Virus record (IMG/VR): IMGVR_UViG_3300021364_001752
Location: 16,456 to 80,455 of that record
Source: a virus
Reading direction: 5' to 3' (one strand)
Length of the DNA stretch: 64,000 nt
Shown: positions 57,389 to 64,000 of the stretch, one piece after another
Layout: every line of letters starts with the position of its first letter
Numbering within the stretch: position 1 is the first letter of the stretch
Translations under genes and position numbers: made by a program
The notes under the pieces: generated by a model
The model's database searches: none
What the model was told of the DNA's origin: nothing
The model's input: only the letters and a program-made list of their open reading frames with translations

Positions 57389-58593
57389 CAGATACCTATT
57401 GTGTTTACCCATTTATAAATGTGCATACAAATACAGATGGCAGGTGCAAATTGTGCTGTCATGTTTACGGAGAAGATTACATACAAGTTGACGGCAAAGA
57501 TGCTGTGCTTGGAAAAACAGATTGGACTAACATTTGGAATAGCAAATACATGCTAGATGTTAGAGCAAACATGTTAGCAGGTAAGCCTGTTAAAGAATGT
57601 AGTCGCTGCTACGAGCATGAAGAAAAAGGTTTACAAAGCAGTAGGCAGTGGGCAAACGAAAACTATAAGGCACCCATGTTGCATAGCAATCCTACTCACC
57701 TGGAACTTAGGCTTGGCAATCACTGCAACCTAAAGTGCAACAGTTGTTGGAGTGTTAGCAGCGACAACATTTACAAAGAACGCAAAAAGATTATGAGCAA
57801 AGAGCGTTTGCCTACTTGGTTGCACGATCAGTGGGCACACGAAATACGCAGCGTAGAAGAACATGATTGGCAGTGGTATGAAACACAGGAGTTCCGTGAC
57901 TTTGTAGATAGCGTAGCACCAACACTGGAACGATTATACATGACAGGTGGTGAACCAACACTAATACAAGCAAACCAATATGTGTTGGACAAACTAGTAG
58001 AAACGGGCAACCGCAAATGTCATGTTGCTTGGACAACCAATATGACAACATGGCCCAAAGGCTTTTACGACAAATTAGACTTCTTTGATAGCAGTGAAAT
58101 ACAGATGAGCATAGACGGTTACGATGCACACAATCAGTATATACGATATCCTACTGATTGGAGCAAGGTAGAAGAAAACTTTGCAAAAGCAATGACACTG
58201 CCTAGCAAAGTAGAACTAAAAATATACTTTGTGTATCAAGCATGGAATGTGTTTGATGTAGCACCATTAATCAAATGGCTAGAAGATGCACAAACAAGAC
58301 GTGTGGATTTTGTGCCTATCTTCCTTGAGCATCCTGATCAGTTGCACAGTTGCGTATGGCCTGAAGAAATTAGACACAAAGCACTAGACGACTTACGGAT
58401 GTTAAAAACTACAATGCATAGAGATCCTGTCCAAAGAATCATTAACTACACAGTTAATACCGATAAATATTCTGTAGAAAACATTAAACGTATGAAACAG
58501 TTTATTGATATAAACGACAAATACAGAAAACTTAAATTCTCTGAAGTTTTTCCTGCACTGAATTATATATTGGAAACTGAATGCAAGATATAA
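57385..58593 (+). CDS. Twitch/SPASM-radical SAM protein
   Basis: CVYPF..LCC..CSRC; CNLKCNSC; TGGEP. Confidence 0.92.
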   Translation: MTDTYCVYPFINVHTNTDGRCKLCCHVYGEDYIQVDGKDAVLGKTDWTNIWNSKYMLDVRANMLAGKPVKECSRCYEHEEKGLQSSRQWANENYKAPMLHSNPTHLELRLGNHCNLKCNSCWSVSSDNIYKERKKIMSKERLPTWLHDQWAHEIRSVEEHDWQWYETQEFRDFVDSVAPTLERLYMTGGEPTLIQANQYVLDKLVETGNRKCHVAWTTNMTTWPKGFYDKLDFFDSSEIQMSIDGYDAHNQYIRYPTDWSKVEENFAKAMTLPSKVELKIYFVYQAWNVFDVAPLIKWLEDAQTRRVDFVPIFLEHPDQLHSCVWPEEIRHKALDDLRMLKTTMHRDPVQRIINYTVNTDKYSVENIKRMKQFIDINDKYRKLKFSEVFPALNYILETECKI

Positions 58594-59573
58594 AAGCAAT
58601 TGTTCCTGCAAAGGATAAATGGGTAAGCATAGTATGGCAAGTAAACGATTGGTGTAACTTTCGTTGCACATATTGTAGTGAATGGAACTGGGCAGGACGT
58701 AACAAAAATGATACCGACATTCAGTTGATTGTAGACACACTTGAAAGAATAGTAAAACACTATCAAAGCAAAGGATATGTGTATTTCAAACTATTCCTCA
58801 GCGGTGGCGAGCCTACATTTTGGAAAGGTCTTATTCCTGTAGTAGAAAAATTTAGGGAACTAGTTGAGTGGCCCGGCAGTTGTGTGGGCATCAACACAAA
58901 CTTTTCAAAGCCATTAAGTTGGTGGAAAGAACATCATCACTTGTTTGAAGATGTTGTTGCAAGTTACCATGCTGAATGGAGCAAAGACGACAAGTATATG
59001 GAGACATATAAATTTCTACAAGACAAGAAAAATTACCTTTGCAGTAGAATAATGATGCACCATAACAAATTTGAACAGTGTGTAGATTTTGCAAATCGTA
59101 TTAAAGATGAGTGCGACAATTATCATATAGAGTATGCTCCGGTTTATGACGAGCTTCGTCCAAGCACTGATCCTTATCACTACGAAGAACAATGGAAAAT
59201 GGATTTCTTTAAAACTCATAGCACAGAGCGTAATCAAACTATTCCTGTTAAGAAAGACCCAAGTTATGCGTGGGCAAAAGTTTGGTATGAAGATGATACC
59301 GAAGATGCTATTGATACAAATGCTATAATCACAGAAGGAAAAAACTTTTTCAAAGGTTGGCTTTGTAACATTCACGAAAGTTTACATATACATCCAAATG
59401 GTAGAATACAGGCCGCAAGCTGTGGTGTAGGACCAATTGTGGGTAATATAGTTGAAGGCAAGTTTGACAGTGATTTAGCAGAAGGTATATGGTGTCCTAA
59501 GACACACTGCCATTGTGCAGCAGACTTTAACATAAGCAAAGCAAGGCCTGAGTATGCAGAAAGAATTAGATAA
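58581..59573 (+). CDS. Radical SAM protein with C-terminal Cys cluster
   Basis: CNFRCTYC, SGGEPT, SYH, GWLC..SC..CPKTHCHC. Confidence 0.9.
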   Translation: MQDIKAIVPAKDKWVSIVWQVNDWCNFRCTYCSEWNWAGRNKNDTDIQLIVDTLERIVKHYQSKGYVYFKLFLSGGEPTFWKGLIPVVEKFRELVEWPGSCVGINTNFSKPLSWWKEHHHLFEDVVASYHAEWSKDDKYMETYKFLQDKKNYLCSRIMMHHNKFEQCVDFANRIKDECDNYHIEYAPVYDELRPSTDPYHYEEQWKMDFFKTHSTERNQTIPVKKDPSYAWAKVWYEDDTEDAIDTNAIITEGKNFFKGWLCNIHESLHIHPNGRIQAASCGVGPIVGNIVEGKFDSDLAEGIWCPKTHCHCAADFNISKARPEYAERIR

Positions 59574-60891
59574 CTTACCAGGGAATTTTTGTTACTATGC
59601 AATGCAGGGTTATAGCACCCATCCGCATGGAAGAACACGCCCTTGTTGCTTTAGCAGAGTAGGCACCAATGAATACATGCCAGATGTTGATATACACAAC
59701 ATACCAGAATGGGAACATCACAACAATCGCAACTCTAAGAACATCGATGAATTTATAAATGATGCTGCGATAAAAACTATTCGCAAGGCATTGATTGCTG
59801 GCGAAAAGCCTGCAGGCTGTGCTGAATGTTTCAAATTAGAAGATCAAGGTATACGCAGTTTTAGACAAACTTTCAATGAAGTTTACGCAGACGAAATTGA
59901 CAGCAGTTTACAGTATCTAGGAGAGGACGGAAGTTTAAGTCCTCAAGCAATTACATACTTGGATATCAGTTTAGGCAATGTGTGCAATTTAAAATGCCGT
60001 AGTTGTAACCCATGGGCAAGTCATAACTGGATAGAAGAAGGCCCAACAGTTCCGCATACAGACTGGGACAAAACTGCCTATACCATAGGCAACATGAGTT
60101 GTAAAGATCCGTGGTATATTGCAGCATTTGAAACAGGATTTTTTGATGAAGTCTTGCCCAATATAAAACGTATAAATTTTATTGGCGGCGAGCCACTGGT
60201 AGTAAAAGAACACTACACATGGTTAAGGCATATTGCACAAAACGGCTGGGCTGAAAATATAGAACTGCATTACAATACAAATGCTACAACTTTTCCAAAC
60301 GAACTTTTGGATTTATGGAGCATGTTTAAAGGTATTGTTTTAAGTATTAGCATTGATGCTGTAGAAGATTTGGCATACTATGTTAGATTTCCAAGTAAAT
60401 GGCGTGTGGTTCAAAAGCAGGTTAACAAACTAAAAGAATTTAGCAAAGACAAAAAAGGTGTTACAGTGCAAACGCACGTCACTTTAAGTGTTCTTAATTT
60501 GCACGATTTGCCCAATGTGCTGTCTTGGTGCGAAGACAATTACAATACCTGGCATCATACATGGGAATGGGGCAATTGGGGATATCAAAACTGTTTGCCG
60601 CATTTTAATTTTGTCGAATGGCCTCAAAACATGAGTATAAAACATTTGCCAGAAAAACAAAAACAAAAAATGATTACGATGCTGGACGAACAGTATGCTA
60701 AATTTGCTGCGAAAGATTTACCGGAATGGGAACAACACAGTATTGAAAATATCAAAGGTATAAAAAACATACTCACACAACCTCGAGACGATACAATGTG
60801 GCAGCATTTTATAGACAATACTCGTGCAAGCGACAAGTTTCGCAATGTAGATATTTGCGATTATATTCCATGGATGGAGGAATACATTTGA
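59554..60891 (+). CDS. Twitch/SPASM-radical SAM protein
   Basis: CYY..PCC..CAEC; CNLKCRSC; IGGEP. Confidence 0.92.
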   Translation: MQKELDNLPGNFCYYAMQGYSTHPHGRTRPCCFSRVGTNEYMPDVDIHNIPEWEHHNNRNSKNIDEFINDAAIKTIRKALIAGEKPAGCAECFKLEDQGIRSFRQTFNEVYADEIDSSLQYLGEDGSLSPQAITYLDISLGNVCNLKCRSCNPWASHNWIEEGPTVPHTDWDKTAYTIGNMSCKDPWYIAAFETGFFDEVLPNIKRINFIGGEPLVVKEHYTWLRHIAQNGWAENIELHYNTNATTFPNELLDLWSMFKGIVLSISIDAVEDLAYYVRFPSKWRVVQKQVNKLKEFSKDKKGVTVQTHVTLSVLNLHDLPNVLSWCEDNYNTWHHTWEWGNWGYQNCLPHFNFVEWPQNMSIKHLPEKQKQKMITMLDEQYAKFAAKDLPEWEQHSIENIKGIKNILTQPRDDTMWQHFIDNTRASDKFRNVDICDYIPWMEEYI

Positions 60892-61472
60892 GATTACTAA
60901 GTTTAGGTGATAAAACTTTACAAGAAACCCATTACCATGTCAGCTTGTTTTTCGACGCTGACATTGTGGACTTGACATACAAGGATGCAAGCATACAAAC
61001 TATATATAGATTGTTGGTTAAATTTTTATGCGAAGCATACAATCCTAGAGACGAGTATGTTGCTTTAATACAAATTCCTACAACCAAAAGATTAGAATTA
61101 AGGCACGACACAAATCAAAACACAGACTTTTTTGATAATAACTATTTTGTTTATTATCCAAGATCAAAAGACTTTCCTAAACTAATATATGCAAAATTAA
61201 AAAAGTTTAATGCACCTATTTTTGAACAGAAAATGATAAACAACAGACACAGTTATTTTATCTATGCTATATCAAATCTATTGGAAATTTACAATATAGA
61301 TTATATTATGTTCAATGCCGATGAGCCATTGGATAAGGATATCCCAGTTCCAAAAAATTATTTTGCACCATATGCATATAATAAAACTGCAAACTATGTT
61401 TTGGATCAGGAAGAAACTGAATTGTATTATTCACAAAAACTAACGAGGTTCTATCGTGACCACTGTAGTTAG
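60888..61472 (+). CDS. Hypothetical protein (degenerate SGNH-like)
   Basis: TTG start after GGAGG; IYRL, R.ELR, YIMFN pattern like neighbour. Confidence 0.5.
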   Translation: MRLLSLGDKTLQETHYHVSLFFDADIVDLTYKDASIQTIYRLLVKFLCEAYNPRDEYVALIQIPTTKRLELRHDTNQNTDFFDNNYFVYYPRSKDFPKLIYAKLKKFNAPIFEQKMINNRHSYFIYAISNLLEIYNIDYIMFNADEPLDKDIPVPKNYFAPYAYNKTANYVLDQEETELYYSQKLTRFYRDHCS

Positions 61473-62181
61473 TATAGGATGCAGTCATACACATGGCAGT
61501 ATGCTGGATGGAGAAAATGGCACCAGCTTATATAACAAAGAGAATGCCTACGGACCGCAATTGGCAAAACTACATAATTTTGATTTCCTAAATCTAGGAG
61601 TTCCTGGCGCAAGCAATACTTATATCTTTAGAGCAACAATAAACTTTTTGCAAAACCATCTTAAAAAGAAAGAAGACTATATTTTCTTAATTGGATGGAC
61701 AAGCCAAGACAGAATGGAAATGCGTTACGATGAAAACAATAGATTTAGACATGACACCATCGGCGACCTAATAGATACAAAATACATTCCCTTTACTTCA
61801 GGAACTTCAAAAGGATTGATGAAAACTTTCCATCACAGAAAACTGCTGGATTTAACGCCTTTATTTTTTGATACAGTGCAAGCACATGACGAATGGGCCA
61901 GCTATGCATTTGGCTTGCAAAAAATACTTAGTCAAAAGAATATAAAATATCTAATGTTCAACACTTGTCAAGAGCTTAAGATAACCGAAAACAATTATCG
62001 CATAATTGATAATCTGGATACAACACATTACCTACATCCACAAAACTCAGAGGAAGTGTTCTTAAATTGGGGTATGAACAGAGGCCACGAAATTACAGAA
62101 TGCTGGCACCACCGTAGGCATGCACATATTGCATGGGCAAAATATTTAGATATTGTTTGTAAAAACCTAGATTTCTATTGA
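61456..62181 (+). CDS. SGNH-like hypothetical protein
   Basis: SIGCSHTHG, NLGVPGASN, IGWTS..R.E, HH..AH. Confidence 0.65.
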   Translation: MTTVVSIGCSHTHGSMLDGENGTSLYNKENAYGPQLAKLHNFDFLNLGVPGASNTYIFRATINFLQNHLKKKEDYIFLIGWTSQDRMEMRYDENNRFRHDTIGDLIDTKYIPFTSGTSKGLMKTFHHRKLLDLTPLFFDTVQAHDEWASYAFGLQKILSQKNIKYLMFNTCQELKITENNYRIIDNLDTTHYLHPQNSEEVFLNWGMNRGHEITECWHHRRHAHIAWAKYLDIVCKNLDFY

Positions 62182-62228
62182 CAAGCAAATTGTATTGTGC
62201 TAATTTATAGAAAATAAAGGAGGGCTAG

Positions 62229-62753
62229 ATGGCTGACAAATGGGTAATCAGTGACACACACTTTAATCACGCTGCTATTCTGACATTCAAAGACTATGCT
62301 GGCAAACCTCCTAGAGTGTTTGACAGTGTAGACGACATGAACCAATGCATGTTGGACAACTGGGCAGACACAGTTAAGCCAGGTGACACAGTATACCACT
62401 TGGGCGATGTGCTGTTTGGTATGGATAAAGTAGATTGGATGGACAAGAACTTTGCCAAGTTGCCTGGAAAGAAGAAACTTATCTTAGGTAACCACGATAA
62501 TCCAAAGTTCCTTGGACCGTTCTTCAAAGATATCATGTTGTGGAAAGATTTAAGCGATATTGGGTTGTTGTTGAGTCACACACCGCAACATGCTAGCACA
62601 CTTGCTGAATCACACAGATTTGGCACTGATCCTGTGCTTAACGTGCATGGACACATACACAGTAACCCATCGCCTGTTGGTCCTTACAAATGTGTGTGCG
62701 TTGAGCAAACAGATTACAAGCCGGTAAACATCGAGGATCTAATAAATGCTTGA
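62229..62753 (+). CDS. Calcineurin-like metallophosphoesterase
   Basis: SDTHFNH, HLGD, GNHD, HGHIH. Confidence 0.92.
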   Translation: MADKWVISDTHFNHAAILTFKDYAGKPPRVFDSVDDMNQCMLDNWADTVKPGDTVYHLGDVLFGMDKVDWMDKNFAKLPGKKKLILGNHDNPKFLGPFFKDIMLWKDLSDIGLLLSHTPQHASTLAESHRFGTDPVLNVHGHIHSNPSPVGPYKCVCVEQTDYKPVNIEDLINA

Positions 62754-63060
62754 TAATCATGCTGCTAAACTGTTTGCAACAGATGTAAATATGATGGTGC
62801 CATGGTATCTCATGGCATCATACGCATATTACGAACAAGGCGATCCAATCTTCTCAGATGCTTTCTTTGATGATATGGGCAAAACAATGTTGGAGGTATG
62901 GGATGATATCGATCATTTTCATAAACATCTTATTAGTGTTGACGATCTACATGCTGGCACCTATCTTGGAGAGTATCCCTCTAGAGTTATAGGCGGACTA
63001 GGAGCAGTTCGTGAAGAATTTTTTACAAAAAAAGGGCAGGTAAAAAAGAAGTATGCCTAG
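62746..63060 (+). CDS. Stand-alone NAD-ligase domain-Ia-like protein
   Basis: YAYYEQGDPIFSDAFFD. Confidence 0.6.
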   Translation: MLDNHAAKLFATDVNMMVPWYLMASYAYYEQGDPIFSDAFFDDMGKTMLEVWDDIDHFHKHLISVDDLHAGTYLGEYPSRVIGGLGAVREEFFTKKGQVKKKYA

Positions 63061-63277
63061 AAAATTTGCAGTGGCAGATAAATTTGAAATAGACAGCAAT
63101 ATTGCAGATGAAATTGCAATACAAAGTCTAAAACAATTCTACAATTACACTGTAACAGATATGGACGCCTTTGTGCTGCATCAAAAAGGTCATCCAGATG
63201 ACTACGAACGCAATGTAAAATTGAAAGAAGCACTCGAAATAGTTCTTGACTTCTATGGACACTCGCTATATAGTTAG
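63053..63277 (+). CDS. Hypothetical protein
   Basis: ORF in operon. Confidence 0.55.
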   Translation: MPRKFAVADKFEIDSNIADEIAIQSLKQFYNYTVTDMDAFVLHQKGHPDDYERNVKLKEALEIVLDFYGHSLYS

Positions 63278-63295
63278 ATCAGTGAGGAGAAGAAT

Positions 63296-63496
63296 ATGTC
63301 AAAATATGGTCCAAAAGTTTATGCCAGTGATGTGATTAACACAAAGGGTCACTGGGCAGTAGGCACAATTTGGAACGCTGAGGGCAGTCGCGGCATATAT
63401 AATATCGAAATGGTTGACAAAGGATTTACATGCGATTGTCCTGCGTTCAAGAAATGCAAACACATCAAAGCGGTTGAGGAGAAGTTCATTGGCTAG
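63296..63496 (+). CDS. SWIM zinc-finger protein
   Basis: CDCP..CKH. Confidence 0.8.
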   Translation: MSKYGPKVYASDVINTKGHWAVGTIWNAEGSRGIYNIEMVDKGFTCDCPAFKKCKHIKAVEEKFIG

Positions 63497-64000
63497 ACGT
63501 CCAACAGCAAAACCAAAAAAGAAAACAGTAAGAGCAGTCCGTAGAGGCTCTGCTCGAATGCCTTTGATGCCAACTAAAATCACGTGGGAAGGTGCAAAGT
63601 ATTACACGCACTATGAGGTTGAGTCAAAGGAGTGGTTAAGTGTTATCAAAGACTACATTAAAAAGAATTATGATAAGAAGACTCTTAGTGCAATTAATAA
63701 GCTACCGGATTGGAAGGTCGGTGGGAAAAGCCATTGGACTTGCACGGCGTATCTTTTAGAACACAATCCAGAACTTGTTCCTGAGTCTTATTCTACTGGA
63801 TTTAAAAAATGGATCGACGAGCTTGCAGAAGAAGGTGCAAAGGTTGTTGAAGAAAAGAAAGCCGAAGAAAAAAGCAAAAAGAACGTTTATGTTCCAAGCA
63901 TCCAAGAACGCATTTCAGAACAAGCACAACTTGCTTGCGAAGAAGTTGAAGAATGGCTAGACGGCTTTGTAACTGACAAAAAGAAGTTTGATCCTAAAGG
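63489..64000 (+). CDS. Hypothetical protein, 5' part (runs off window)
   Basis: TTG start after GAGGAG; MARRPTAKPKKK..; open to window end. Confidence 0.65.
   Translation, partial: MARRPTAKPKKKTVRAVRRGSARMPLMPTKITWEGAKYYTHYEVESKEWLSVIKDYIKKNYDKKTLSAINKLPDWKVGGKSHWTCTAYLLEHNPELVPESYSTGFKKWIDELAEEGAKVVEEKKAEEKSKKNVYVPSIQERISEQAQLACEEVEEWLDGFVTDKKKFDPK

Noticed and set aside
1198-63583. Most short antisense or alternate-frame ORFs in the track
   Set aside because: They lie inside well-supported genes, lack an RBS and have shadow-like composition
1-64000. Stop-codon reassignment
   Set aside because: Recognisable genes are full length in code 11 and end in TAA, TAG or TGA; no suppressor anticodon among the tRNAs
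1-64000. CRISPR array
   Set aside because: No regularly spaced identical repeats seen; the only tandem repeats are coding and degenerate
1-64000. Bacterial chromosome or prophage
   Set aside because: Host-like genes are isolated among phage genes with T4-late promoters; no complete host operons and no integrase seen

Overview
A 64-kb segment of a large T4-like (myovirus/jumbo-type) dsDNA phage. The host is most likely a marine alphaproteobacterium (Rhodobacteraceae-like), inferred from the permuted tmRNA with tag ANDNFAPSEFALAA, pseudoazurin, a Rhodobacter-style porin and a CtaH-like peptide. It is gene-dense, mostly on the + strand, uses the standard code, and has both TTGACA/TATAAT promoters and T4-late-type TAAATA promoters. 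In order it holds: nrdA(3')/nrdB/glutaredoxin; PAAR and tail-fibre genes; a two-piece tmRNA; host-envelope and respiration genes; rpsU, guaC, hsp20, clpS, heme oxygenase and a bilin reductase; a curli (CsgF/CsgG/two curlins)-FecR-beta-barrel-autotransporter-CHASE2 cyclase module; IF1, TilS and ClpP; an amidinotransferase/Fe-oxygenase/PLP cluster; six tRNAs with an HNH insertion; a five-gene late cluster; and a radical-SAM array. Most notable: (1) a hidden ORF inside the tmRNA intervening segment; (2) an 89-nt non-canonical CCA-ended tRNA-like RNA beside an aberrant tRNA-Trp; (3) eight unrelated proteins sharing a T4-type capsid-targeting leader, suggesting an injected arsenal (NTase, ligase-like, HxGH transferase, ART-like, nuclease, muralytic enzymes); (4) a putative trans-envelope curli-cyclase signalling system; (5) leaderless late mRNAs. 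All family calls come from motif recognition by eye; no database searches were run.
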